64,000 bases of DNA from assembly GCF_025965415.1 (NCBI RefSeq), contig NZ_JAOPWY010000192.1:2979-66978 (forward strand), given 5' to 3'. The position numbers were made by a program, and so were the translations under genes. The DNA is from Nocardioides sp. (lineage in GTDB: Bacteria; Actinomycetota; Actinomycetes; Propionibacteriales; Nocardioidaceae). Positions 38,850-49,929 of this stretch are shown piece by piece. Every line of letters begins with the position of its first letter. Positions within the stretch are counted from its first letter, which is position 1. The notes beneath the pieces are model-generated. The model was not told the DNA's origin. It ran no database searches and saw nothing but the letters and a program-made list of their open reading frames with translations.

Positions 38850-39638
38850 ATGAAGACTCGGATCCTCCTCAGTGCTCTCAGTGCCGCCGCCCTCGCCGTC
38901 TCCGCCTCCGGGTGCGCGAAGGAGGACACCTCCACGACCACCGAGTCGGGCATCGAGCTGGTCAAGGAGGGCACGCTGACCATCTGCACGCACCTCCCCT
39001 ACGAGCCCTTCGAGTTCACCGAGGGTGGCGAGGTCGTGGGCTTCGACCCCGGCGTTCTCGAGCTCGCCGCCAACGCCGAGGGGCTCGACACCGAGGTGCT
39101 CGACGTCGCGTGGGAGACGATCACCACGGGCGAGGCCCTCAACACCGGCCAGTGCGACGTCGGCGCCGGCGCGATGACGATCAACGACGAGCGCGCCGCC
39201 GTCATGGACTTCACCGACCCCTACTTCAAGGCCACCCAGGCCCTCATGACCAAGACCGGGTCCGGCATCACCTCGCTGGAGGACCTGGCCGGGAAGAAGA
39301 TCGCGGTCCAGGACGGCACCACCGGCGCCGACTACGTCCGCGAGAACGCACCCGCCGACGCCGAGATCGTCTCGTTCGAGGACTCCTCGCTCATGCAGCA
39401 GGCGGTCCGCACCGGCAAGACCGACGCCGGTGTCAACGACAACGGCCTGCTCAACTACTTCGTCAGCCAGAACCCCGACGTCGAGGTGGTCGCGGAGTTC
39501 GAGACCGGTGAGGAGTACGGCTTCTCGGTGAAGAAGGGCGGCAACGACGACCTGCTGGCCGCGATCAACGACGCCATCGCGAGCGACGACTACGACGCGG
39601 TCTACGAGGAGTGGTTCGGCACCGCTCCCACCGAGTGA
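38850..39638 (+). CDS. Polar amino acid ABC transporter substrate-binding lipoprotein
   Basis: Lipobox SASGC, PYEPFEF, MTINDER, FTDPYF. Confidence 0.9.
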   Translation: MKTRILLSALSAAALAVSASGCAKEDTSTTTESGIELVKEGTLTICTHLPYEPFEFTEGGEVVGFDPGVLELAANAEGLDTEVLDVAWETITTGEALNTGQCDVGAGAMTINDERAAVMDFTDPYFKATQALMTKTGSGITSLEDLAGKKIAVQDGTTGADYVRENAPADAEIVSFEDSSLMQQAVRTGKTDAGVNDNGLLNYFVSQNPDVEVVAEFETGEEYGFSVKKGGNDDLLAAINDAIASDDYDAVYEEWFGTAPTE

Positions 39639-39676
39639 CGCCTTCCCCGACCCACCGACGAAGGTGATGTGAGTCC

Positions 39677-40468
39677 ATGGCGAGTCCCCGCCAGCGCGCC
39701 GCCCGGTGGCGCTACGCCCAGTACGCCGTCCTCGTGGTCGTCCTGCTCGCCATCGCCTTCCTCGCCGACTGGGGTGAGATCCGCCGGGCGTTCTGGAACT
39801 GGGAGCTGGTCAAGGAGCAGTTCCCCCGCGTCCTGACGATCGCGCTCAAGAACACGCTGATCTACACCGCGTGCGGCTTCGCCTTCGGCCTGGTGCTCGG
39901 CCTGGTCCTGGCGCTGATGCGGCTCTCCAGCGTCGGCCCCTACCGCTGGATCGCGACGGGCATCATCGAGCTCTTCCGCGGCCTGCCTGCCCTCGTGGTC
40001 TTCATCGCGCTCAGCGTCGGGTTCAACCTGGCCTTCCCGGCGTACGAGATCCCGTTCGGCAACCTCGGCGTCGTCACCCTGGCCCTCGGCCTGGTCGGCG
40101 GCGCCTACATGGCCGAGACCATCCGGGCCGGCATCCAGGCGGTGCCCAAGGGCCAGATGGAGGCCGCCCGCTCGCTCGGGATGTCCCACGGCCGGGCGAT
40201 GATCAGCGTCGTGATCCCGCAGGCGTTCCGGATCATCCTGCCGCCGCTGACCAACGAGCTGATCCTGCTCACCAAGGACTCGTCGCTCGTCTACATCCTC
40301 GGCCTCTCGCTCACCGACTACGAGCTCACCAAGTTCGGCCGCGAGGGCATGAACTCCGCCTCGAACCTGACCCCGATCATCGTGATCGGCCTCTGCTACC
40401 TGTTGATCACGGTGCCGCTGTCGATCGTCGTACGCCGCATGGAGAGCCGCTCGGAGAGGGCCCGCTGA
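39677..40468 (+). CDS. Amino acid ABC permease
   Basis: [28 protein letters not shown]. Confidence 0.93.
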   Translation: MASPRQRAARWRYAQYAVLVVVLLAIAFLADWGEIRRAFWNWELVKEQFPRVLTIALKNTLIYTACGFAFGLVLGLVLALMRLSSVGPYRWIATGIIELFRGLPALVVFIALSVGFNLAFPAYEIPFGNLGVVTLALGLVGGAYMAETIRAGIQAVPKGQMEAARSLGMSHGRAMISVVIPQAFRIILPPLTNELILLTKDSSLVYILGLSLTDYELTKFGREGMNSASNLTPIIVIGLCYLLITVPLSIVVRRMESRSERAR

Positions 40469-41232
40469 TGACCACCGACCGCACCGCACCGACGGACCGC
40501 ACCACCGCCGCGATCGACGTGCAGGAGCTCCACAAGTACTTCGGCGCCAACGAGGTGCTCAAGGGCATCGACTTCCACGTCGGCACCGGCCAGGTGGTGT
40601 GCGTGATCGGTCCCTCCGGCTCCGGCAAGTCGACGCTGCTGCGCTGCGTCAACATGCTCGAGACCCCGACCAGCGGCAAGATCTTCGTCGCGGGCGAGGA
40701 GATCACCGACCGAGACGCCGACGTCGACCAGCTGCGCGCGCGGATCGGGATGGTCTTCCAGCAGTTCAACCTGTTCCCGCACATGACCGTGCTGCGCAAC
40801 CTCACCATCGCGCAGGAGAAGGTGAAGGGGCGCAAGAAGGACGAGGCGGTCGAGATCGCCCGGTCCACGCTCGCCAAGGTGGGCCTGTCCGAGAAGGAGT
40901 CGGCCTACCCGGCCCACCTGTCCGGTGGGCAGTCGCAGCGCGTCGCGATCGCCCGTGCCCTGTCGATGAGCCCCGACATGATGCTCTTCGACGAGCCGAC
41001 GTCGGCGCTCGACCCCGAGCTGGTCGGCGACGTGCTGGCCGTGATGAAGGACCTCGCGGCCGAGGGCATGACGATGATGGTCGTGACCCACGAGATGGGC
41101 TTCGCCCGCGAGGTCGGCGACAACCTGGTCTTCATGGACGGCGGAGTGATCGTCGAGGAGGGCGACCCGCGCGAGGTGCTGGCGGACCCCCAGCACGAGC
41201 GGACGCAGTCGTTCCTCTCGAAGGTGCTCTAG
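40468..41232 (+). CDS. Amino acid ABC ATPase
   Basis: [27 protein letters not shown]. Confidence 0.95.
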   Translation: MTTDRTAPTDRTTAAIDVQELHKYFGANEVLKGIDFHVGTGQVVCVIGPSGSGKSTLLRCVNMLETPTSGKIFVAGEEITDRDADVDQLRARIGMVFQQFNLFPHMTVLRNLTIAQEKVKGRKKDEAVEIARSTLAKVGLSEKESAYPAHLSGGQSQRVAIARALSMSPDMMLFDEPTSALDPELVGDVLAVMKDLAAEGMTMMVVTHEMGFAREVGDNLVFMDGGVIVEEGDPREVLADPQHERTQSFLSKVL

Positions 41233-41263
41233 AAGGACCGCACGGCGCGGTCGGACTCGGGGC

Positions 41264-42070
41264 TCAGGCCCGCTTGCACTGGCTGGGCGGCGTCACCGCC
41301 GGGTCGAAGAGGTACTTCGGGGGCGCGATGGCGGAGCCGTCCTGGGACTCCTTCATCGTCATGGCCCACCAGCCGGCACGACGGGTGTCGATCGCGGCCA
41401 GCTCCTCCTCGGGGACGTCGTTCCACATGTTCAGCACGTCGACGCTGACCTCGATGAGGTGTCCGTGGGGCGTGACCACACCCTTGGCCTCGACGGCGTC
41501 CAGGCCTGCCGGGACGTCGGGGAAGAGGCCGCGCGGCATGCCGGTGATGACGTCCTTGGCGGGCATGCCGACGGCGACACCGTCCCCGGCCAGCCGGATG
41601 GCCCGCGCCGCGGTGACCGGCCAGGTCGGGTCGAGGTCGGTCGGGAGGGCCCAGCTGCGCGACACGTCATCGGTGATCTCGGCCCAGCAGCTTCCCGCGT
41701 TCGGGCCCCAGTCGTCGCTGTTGAAGTAGGTGCGGTCGTTGACGACGAGGTAGTCGACCTGCTCGACCTTGCCGTCGATCGCGGAGTCCATGGAGAGCTG
41801 GCTGTAGCCCGTCGAGGGACTGAAGCGGCCGTCGAGGTCGAAGATCCGCTTGCCGCCGGTGTCGGGGTTCTTGGTCAGCAGCTGACCGTGCCACTCGACC
41901 ATGCCCATCGCGTTGACCTGGGTGACGAGGTCCTCGAGCTGCTCGCCCTCCATCACGACGCCCTGTCCCTTGCCGGGGGCGGCGGAGCCGGAGCCGCCGC
42001 AGCCGCTGAGGGTGAGGAGCAGGCCGGCAGCGAGAGCCGCGGTCCACGAGGCGTTGAGGCGACGTGTCAC
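41264..42070 (-). CDS. Hypothetical lipoprotein
   Basis: Lipobox LSGC; beta-rich body. Confidence 0.7.
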   Translation of the reverse strand: MTRRLNASWTAALAAGLLLTLSGCGGSGSAAPGKGQGVVMEGEQLEDLVTQVNAMGMVEWHGQLLTKNPDTGGKRIFDLDGRFSPSTGYSQLSMDSAIDGKVEQVDYLVVNDRTYFNSDDWGPNAGSCWAEITDDVSRSWALPTDLDPTWPVTAARAIRLAGDGVAVGMPAKDVITGMPRGLFPDVPAGLDAVEAKGVVTPHGHLIEVSVDVLNMWNDVPEEELAAIDTRRAGWWAMTMKESQDGSAIAPPKYLFDPAVTPPSQCKRA

Positions 42071-42170
42071 TGGGGTCCCCGTTCCGATCCTGGCGTGACG
42101 AGCACGATGCTCGATCTCGTCGGCAGCCTAGGTCTGGTGCCGGGACCTGTCAGGAGAACCGGAGATCTCG

Positions 42171-43082
42171 TCAGGTCGCCATCCAGCGCCGGGCGGCGTA
42201 CACCACGGCGTCGGTGAGCTCACCGACCAGCGACGACCCCAGCCGCCAGTGCTGCCAGTAGAGCGCGACCTCGGGCCGTCGTCCGGGGACGAGCTCGACC
42301 AGCTCGCCGCGCGCGAGCTCCGCCGCGACGTCGGACTCGGGCAGCAGCCCCCACCCCATGCCCACGCGGATCGCACGGTCGAACTCGCGCACCGAGGGGA
42401 GGTAGGTCACCGGCGGCGCGAGGTGACGGCGGGTGACCCTCCGGACGAAGTCGTGCTGCAGCGAGTCGTTGCGGTCGAAGGCGACGATCGGCGCCTCGGC
42501 CAAGGTCGCCGACCCCACGCCGTCGGCGAAGTGGTCCGCGTGGAACTCGCGCGTCGCCACAGCGGCGTACCGCAGGCGGCCCAGCCGCACGACCCGGCAG
42601 CCCGGCACCGGCCTCGGCTCCCCGGTGATGGCGGCCATCACCTCGCCGCGGCGCAACCGCTCCGCCGTGCGCGTGTGGTCCTCGCGGACCACCTCGAAGA
42701 CCACCCGGTGCCGGCTCTGCACCTCGGCGAGCGCGTCGACGAACCAGCCGTAGAGCGCGTCGGCGTTCACCGCGATCGGCAGTGAGGTGTACGACGTCCC
42801 GTCGGCGTCGGCCTCCTCGACCAGCTCGGCGACCGCCTCCCGCTCCAGCAGCTCGGTCTGCGTGGCCAGGCGCACGAGGACGAGACCGGCCTCGGTGGGC
42901 TCGAGCGGCTTAACCCGGTGCAGCAGCACGCGGCCGATGCGCGTCTCCAGCGCCTTGATCCGCTGGCTCACCGCGGAGGGGGTCACGTGCAGCTCGCGGG
43001 CGGCCGCCTCGAAGGTCCCGAGGCGTACTGCCACGGCCAGTGTGCGCAGCGCCACAGGGTCCAGCTGAGTGATGTCTTTCAT
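42171..43082 (-). CDS. lysG: LysR regulator, ArgP/LysG type
   Basis: GTFEAAARELHVTPSAVSQRIKALE, IAVNAD, LYWQHW; divergent from lysE. Confidence 0.88.
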   Translation of the reverse strand: MKDITQLDPVALRTLAVAVRLGTFEAAARELHVTPSAVSQRIKALETRIGRVLLHRVKPLEPTEAGLVLVRLATQTELLEREAVAELVEEADADGTSYTSLPIAVNADALYGWFVDALAEVQSRHRVVFEVVREDHTRTAERLRRGEVMAAITGEPRPVPGCRVVRLGRLRYAAVATREFHADHFADGVGSATLAEAPIVAFDRNDSLQHDFVRRVTRRHLAPPVTYLPSVREFDRAIRVGMGWGLLPESDVAAELARGELVELVPGRRPEVALYWQHWRLGSSLVGELTDAVVYAARRWMAT

Positions 43083-43083
43083 A

Positions 43084-43098
43084 ATTAGACATCCTAAT
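43084..43098. promoter_or_regulatory. LysR T-N11-A site
   Basis: ATTAG-N5-CTAAT in the AT-rich divergent promoter. Confidence 0.65.
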
Positions 43099-43145
43099 GA
43101 TTCGTCAGAATACTTCGCTGGATTGACGACGATGGCCGTCCTAAC

Positions 43146-43754
43146 GTGGATGGCATGTTCCAGGTTGCACTCACCGGTCTTCTCACCGGACTCGCTCTCA
43201 TCGTGGCCGTCGGCGCGCAGAACGCCTTCCTCCTCCGCCAGGGGATCCGCGGCGAGCACGTCCTGCCCATCGTGCTGACGTGCCTCGTCTCCGACGTCGT
43301 GGCGATCACCGCGGGCGTCGCCGGACTGGGCGTCGTGCTCGAGCGCTGGCCGTCGGTCCTCCCGATCGCCCAGGTGCTGGGCGGGCTCTACCTCATCGCC
43401 TTCGGCGTGCACGCCGCGATGCGCGCCTGGCGCCCGGGCCGGCTCGACGCGGGCGAGGGCGCGGCGATGACCCCCGCCAAGGCGATCCTGCTGACGCTCG
43501 CCCTGACCTGGCTCAACCCGCACTTCTACCTCGACGCCGTCCTCATGCTCGGCACGGTGGCCAACAGCTTCGGCACCGACCGCTGGTGGTTCGTGTCCGG
43601 CACCCTCATGGCGAGCGTGCTGTGGTTCTTCGGCCTCGGCTTCGGCGCTCGGCTGCTGCGCGGCCTCTTCGCCCGGCCCAACGCCTGGCGGGTGCTCGAC
43701 TCCGCGATCGCGGTCGTGATGGGCACGCTCGGCGTGGGCCTGATCGCCCACTGA
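43146..43754 (+). CDS. lysE: LysE/ArgO amino acid exporter
   Basis: VGAQNAFLLRQG, TWLNPHFYLD. Confidence 0.9.
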   Translation: MDGMFQVALTGLLTGLALIVAVGAQNAFLLRQGIRGEHVLPIVLTCLVSDVVAITAGVAGLGVVLERWPSVLPIAQVLGGLYLIAFGVHAAMRAWRPGRLDAGEGAAMTPAKAILLTLALTWLNPHFYLDAVLMLGTVANSFGTDRWWFVSGTLMASVLWFFGLGFGARLLRGLFARPNAWRVLDSAIAVVMGTLGVGLIAH

Positions 43755-43767
43755 CCCCGGTTGGATA

Positions 43768-43786
43768 TACATAGGACTCCTATGTA
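43768..43786. promoter_or_regulatory. Probable MarR operator
   Basis: TACATAGG-ACT-CCTATGTA perfect inverted repeat just upstream of marR. Confidence 0.7.
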
Positions 43787-43796
43787 ATCTGGAGGG

Positions 43797-44231
43797 GTGA
43801 CCGCCTCCCTGCCCGCCCTCGCCAGCGACCTCGTGGTGCTGGCCGCGCGCCTGACGCGGGCCGTGCGCCGCGAGGTCGACCACCCGGCCGGCGCCCGTGT
43901 GCTGTCGCTCCTCGACGAGCACGGCCCCTCCGGGGTCACCGCGCTCGCGATCGCCGACCGGTGCAGCCAGCCGACGATGACCGCGACGCTGCGGACGCTG
44001 CGCGACCAGGGCCTGGTCGACCGGCAGCCGCACCCGCACGACGGCCGGGCCCACGTCGTCGCACTCACCGCGTCGGGGCGCGCCGAGCTGGCCCGCATCC
44101 GCCGGGCCAACACCGCGCTCGTCATGGCCCGGTTGGCCACCACCCACCACACCGCCGAGGAGGTCGCGACCGCCGTCGCGGTGCTCCGGGACGTCCTCGA
44201 CCTGCACCCCCAGGAGGACACGACCCCGTGA
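43797..44231 (+). CDS. MarR family regulator
   Basis: SQPTMT..GLVDRQPHPHDGR..LTASG. Confidence 0.88.
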   Translation: MTASLPALASDLVVLAARLTRAVRREVDHPAGARVLSLLDEHGPSGVTALAIADRCSQPTMTATLRTLRDQGLVDRQPHPHDGRAHVVALTASGRAELARIRRANTALVMARLATTHHTAEEVATAVAVLRDVLDLHPQEDTTP

Positions 44232-45466
44232 GCACGCCTGCCGACACCAGCTCGATCCTGCGCCAGCCCCGCGCCGTCTGGGCCGTGGCCTTCGCCTGCG
44301 TCATCGCCTTCATGGGCATCGGCCTCGTCGACCCGATCCTCAAGGAGATCGCCGCCCAGCTCGACGCGAGCCCCAGCCAGGTCTCGCTGCTCTTCACCAG
44401 CTACATGGCCGTCATGGGCGTGTCCATGCTCGTGACCGGAGTGATCTCGAGCCGGATCGGCCCCAAGCGCACCCTCCTCGCCGGCCTCGCGCTGATCATC
44501 GTCTCGGCCGCCCTGGCCGGTCTCTCCGACAGCGTCGGAGCCGTCATCGGCTTCCGCGCCGGCTGGGGCCTGGGCAACGCCCTCTTCGTGGCCACGGCAC
44601 TCGCGACCATCGTCAGCGCCTCGGCCGGGCCGGTCGGCCAGGCGATCATCCTGTTCGAGGCCGCCCTCGGCCTCGGCATCGCGTCCGGCCCGCTCATCGG
44701 CGGCCTGCTCGGCCAGGTCTCGTGGCGCGGCCCGTTCTTCGGGGTCTCCGTGCTGATGACGGTGGCGCTCGTCGCGACCGCCCTCTTCCTGCCGTCGACC
44801 CCGCCCACCGGGCGTCGTACGTCACTGCTCGACCCGTTCCGCGCCCTGCGCCACCGGGCGCTGCTGCTGCTCGCACTCGTGGCGATCTTCTACAACCTGG
44901 GCTTCTTCACCCTGATGGCTGCCGGACCCTTCGCCCTGCCGTCGTACTCGATCATGGGCATCGGCTGGACGTTCTTCGGCTGGGGCGTGCTGCTCGCGGC
45001 GACGTCGGTGTGGCTGGCCCCGGTGCTGCAGCGGCGCTTCGGCACCCTGCCCACCCTGACCGCCGTGCTCGCGCTCTTCTCGCTCGACCTGGCCGTGATG
45101 GCCATCGGCGCGGTGCACGAGCCCGTCGTCACCGCCGGGATCATCGCCGCCGGAGCCTTCCTGGGCGTGACCAACACCCTGGTCACCGAGGCGGTCATGG
45201 GCGCCGCTCCCGTCGAGCGCCCGGTCGCGTCGGCGGCGTACTCGTTCGTGCGCTTCACCGGTGGCGCCGTCGGCCCGTACGTCGCGCTCAAGCTGGCCGA
45301 GAAGGTCGATCTGCACGCGCCGTTCTGGTTCGGCGCGGCCGCCGTCGCGGTCGGGGTGGCCATCGTCGCCGTGGGATCGCGCACCATCGCCGCGGCCCTC
45401 GACGCCGCGCCGGAGTCGCACAGCGTCACCGAGGCCGAGAGCGAGCTGGTCGGCGACCTGGGCTAG
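44228..45466 (+). CDS. MFS transporter
   Basis: AFMGIGLVDPIL, SSRIGPKR, SAAYSFVRF. Confidence 0.9.
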   Translation: MSTPADTSSILRQPRAVWAVAFACVIAFMGIGLVDPILKEIAAQLDASPSQVSLLFTSYMAVMGVSMLVTGVISSRIGPKRTLLAGLALIIVSAALAGLSDSVGAVIGFRAGWGLGNALFVATALATIVSASAGPVGQAIILFEAALGLGIASGPLIGGLLGQVSWRGPFFGVSVLMTVALVATALFLPSTPPTGRRTSLLDPFRALRHRALLLLALVAIFYNLGFFTLMAAGPFALPSYSIMGIGWTFFGWGVLLAATSVWLAPVLQRRFGTLPTLTAVLALFSLDLAVMAIGAVHEPVVTAGIIAAGAFLGVTNTLVTEAVMGAAPVERPVASAAYSFVRFTGGAVGPYVALKLAEKVDLHAPFWFGAAAVAVGVAIVAVGSRTIAAALDAAPESHSVTEAESELVGDLG

Positions 45467-46260
45467 TCGCCGGCGAAGCCGCTCCCCTGCTCCTCCAGCG
45501 CCTCGCGCAACCGCGCGATCGCGATCGGGCCGACGCCGTGCATGGCCGCGAGCCCGGCCGCGGAGCGGGCCGCGACCTGCTCGAGGGTCGTCACGCCGGC
45601 CTCGCGCAGCGCCCGGGTCGCCGGAGCCCCGATGGAGCGCGGGAGTGGCGAGCCCTGCTCACGCGGAGCGCGCACCCGGGGCTCGGGCAGACCGGCGTCC
45701 ACCACCGCCTCGCCGCGGGGGGAGAGCAGGTAGCCGATGGCGAGCGACTCGGTCAGCCCGAGCTCCTTGAGCTTGCGCACGTCCTTCTTGAAGTCGGCCG
45801 TCTCGCGCCCCACCTGAGCCGCCAGGTCCGGGGCGCGGACGGTGGGGTTGAGGTCGATCAGGTCGAGCGTCTGCCGGGTCCAGGCGCCGTACGACGACGA
45901 CGCGTCGAGGCGGTCGAGCCGCGCGGTGATCGCCGCGATCTCGCCGGCGTCCGGCACGGTCGCGCGCAGGGCCTCGCGCGGGTCGGGACCGGCGTAGCGC
46001 AGGCCGATGCGCCAGGCCGGGTCCTCGGACCGGGCCGCCAGCGCCTGCTTGAGCGCGGCGAGCGAGGCGGACCCCGCCCGGCGGGCGTCCTCGGCCCGCA
46101 GGGCGGACACGCTGACCTGCTCCACCGAGGTGACCTCGAGCAGACCGACCCCGGTGCGCATCTGCGTGCCCACCACCACCCGCGGCCTGGCCCAGCGCCG
46201 GAACGCCAGGTCGACGGTGCCGGCCTTGATCGCGGCCAGTTCGGCCGGGCGGATCATCAT
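45463..46260 (-). CDS. ASCH/PUA-like + HTH + helix-hairpin-helix protein
   Basis: IKAGTVDLAFRRW; FKKDVRKLKELGLTESL; IGAPATRAL..MHGVGPIAI. Confidence 0.65.
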   Translation of the reverse strand: MMIRPAELAAIKAGTVDLAFRRWARPRVVVGTQMRTGVGLLEVTSVEQVSVSALRAEDARRAGSASLAALKQALAARSEDPAWRIGLRYAGPDPREALRATVPDAGEIAAITARLDRLDASSSYGAWTRQTLDLIDLNPTVRAPDLAAQVGRETADFKKDVRKLKELGLTESLAIGYLLSPRGEAVVDAGLPEPRVRAPREQGSPLPRSIGAPATRALREAGVTTLEQVAARSAAGLAAMHGVGPIAIARLREALEEQGSGFAGD

Positions 46261-46287
46261 GCGGGCAGTCTCCCAGAACCCGGCCGA

Positions 46288-46337
46288 GCGGTGCGTGAGG
46301 CAGGTTTCGTCGGCGCAGCACCTGCCTCGCGCACCGC
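46288..46337. terminator. Long hairpin after hppD
   Basis: GCGGTGCGTGAGGCAGGT-N14-ACCTGCCTCGCGCACCGC. Confidence 0.65.
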
Positions 46338-46347
46338 GGCGACGGAC

Positions 46348-48147
<1,800 letters not shown>

Positions 48148-48651
48148 TCAGCCCTCGACGGGGAAGATCATGCAGGTCGAGGTCGCGTGGGCGACCAGCT
48201 TGCCGAGGCCGTCGGTGAGCTGCGCCTGCGCGAGCGCCGTACGCCGTCCGCGCTGGATCACGGTGCCCTCGCAGGTGAGCAGGCCGGAGTCGACGGTGAC
48301 CGGGCGGAGGAACTTCACCGTCAGGTCGACCGAGGTGTAGAACTCCCCCACCGCCAGCGTCGTGTGGACCGCGCAGGCGGCCGCGGTGTCGAGCAGCGTC
48401 GAGATCACGCCGCCGTGGACGCCCCCGAGCGGGTTGTAGTGGAACTCCGCCGCCGGCATCTCGACCACGACCCGGCCGGCCTCGGGCCGCAGGTCGGTGA
48501 AGCCGAGCGTGTCCATGATCGGCGGGTGCGGCATCTCGCCGGCGCGCATCGCCTGCAGCTGCTCGAGGCCGGTCATCGACAGCAGCCGCGACAGGTCCGC
48601 CTGGCCGGGCGTGGTCCAGGTGAAGGTGCGGGACTCGGTCTCGTACGGCAT
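48148..48651 (-). CDS. PaaI thioesterase
   Basis: YNPLGGVHGGVISTLLD. Confidence 0.9.
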   Translation of the reverse strand: MPYETESRTFTWTTPGQADLSRLLSMTGLEQLQAMRAGEMPHPPIMDTLGFTDLRPEAGRVVVEMPAAEFHYNPLGGVHGGVISTLLDTAAACAVHTTLAVGEFYTSVDLTVKFLRPVTVDSGLLTCEGTVIQRGRRTALAQAQLTDGLGKLVAHATSTCMIFPVEG

Positions 48652-48706
48652 GGGCCCAGCATGCGGTTCCTTGCCTGAGTCTGTCAACTGGACCTAGCAT
48701 GTGGGC

Positions 48707-49189
48707 ATGGCCACACCTCCCGCCGCGCTCGCCTTCTCGACCGACAACTGCACGATCGGTCGGGCGATGGCCGTGCTGGGCGAGCGGTGGACGTTCGTGG
48801 TGGTGCGCGAGGTCGCCAACGGCATCCGGCGCTTCGACGACATGCGCCGCCACACCGGGATGCCGCGGCAGGTCCTCACCGACCGGCTGGCCCTGCTCGT
48901 CGAGCACGACATCCTGCGGCGCGTGGCCTACCGCGAGGAGGGCCAGCGCGAGCGCCACGAGTACCGCTTCACCGACAAGGGCTTCGAGCTCGTCCCGGTC
49001 ATGCTCGCCGTCGCGGAGTGGGGCGACCGCTACTACGCCGACGACGACGGCCCGCCCGTCGAGTTCGCGCACCGCGGCTGCGGGGCGCCGGTCGAGGTGT
49101 TCGTCCGGTGCGCAGAGGGCCACGAGCCCGCCGGCCCGCGCGACGTCGTGAGCCGCCCCGGGCCGGGGATCAAGCCGTTCGGCGCGTGA
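48707..49189 (+). CDS. HxlR winged-helix regulator
   Basis: CTIGRAMAVLGERWT, EYRFTDKG, WGDRY. Confidence 0.9.
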   Translation: MATPPAALAFSTDNCTIGRAMAVLGERWTFVVVREVANGIRRFDDMRRHTGMPRQVLTDRLALLVEHDILRRVAYREEGQRERHEYRFTDKGFELVPVMLAVAEWGDRYYADDDGPPVEFAHRGCGAPVEVFVRCAEGHEPAGPRDVVSRPGPGIKPFGA

Positions 49190-49192
49190 GCC

Positions 49193-49828
49193 TCAGCGCA
49201 GCCGCGCCGCGACCTCCTGGGCGGCCGCGATCACCTGCGGCGCGACCACGGCCTCGTCGATCGCGTCCGCCAGTGTCACCACGCCGACGCTCGCGCGCAG
49301 CCCCTCGACGCCGCGCACCGGTGCCGCGAGCCCGCGCGCGCCGCTCTGCAGCTCCCCGCTCGTGACGGCGTACGACGGCTCCGCCACGTCGAGCAGCGCG
49401 ATGGCCTTGCCGGCCGCCCCCTGCGAGAGCGGGTGCCGGGCACCGACCCGGTAGGCGACGTGGAAGTCGGTCCACGTCGGCTCCACCACCGCGAGGGCCA
49501 GGGCCTCGTCGCCGTCGGCCACCGTGAGGTGCGCGGTCGAGCCGATCGACTCGGCGAGCGAGCGCAGCACGGGCATCGCCAGGTCGCGCAGGATCGGCTG
49601 GACGGCACTGGCCAGATGGAGCACCCCGAGGCCGACGAACAGCCGTGAGCGCGCGTCGCGCCGGACCAGCCCGTGCTGCTCCAGCGTGCTGATCAGGCGG
49701 TAGACCACCGTGCGGTTGACCTGCAGGCGCCCGGAGAGCTCGGTGATGGTGAGGCCCTCGGGACTCTCGGCCAGCACGCGCAGGACCCGGAGTCCGCGGT
49801 CGAGCGTCTGGGAGGTCTCCGAGGGCAT
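49193..49828 (-). CDS. IclR family regulator
   Basis: SQTLDRGLRVL, NRTVVYRL, GAAGKA. Confidence 0.88.
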   Translation of the reverse strand: MPSETSQTLDRGLRVLRVLAESPEGLTITELSGRLQVNRTVVYRLISTLEQHGLVRRDARSRLFVGLGVLHLASAVQPILRDLAMPVLRSLAESIGSTAHLTVADGDEALALAVVEPTWTDFHVAYRVGARHPLSQGAAGKAIALLDVAEPSYAVTSGELQSGARGLAAPVRGVEGLRASVGVVTLADAIDEAVVAPQVIAAAQEVAARLR

Positions 49829-49929
49829 GTCACGACACTAGTGGGGCGCGACGCAGTCGCGCACCGCGTGTGGCGGGAGGTGGAGCAGGCCCGCGGCCGA
49901 GCTCGCGACGGCGCGTCGAGACCCAGGTC

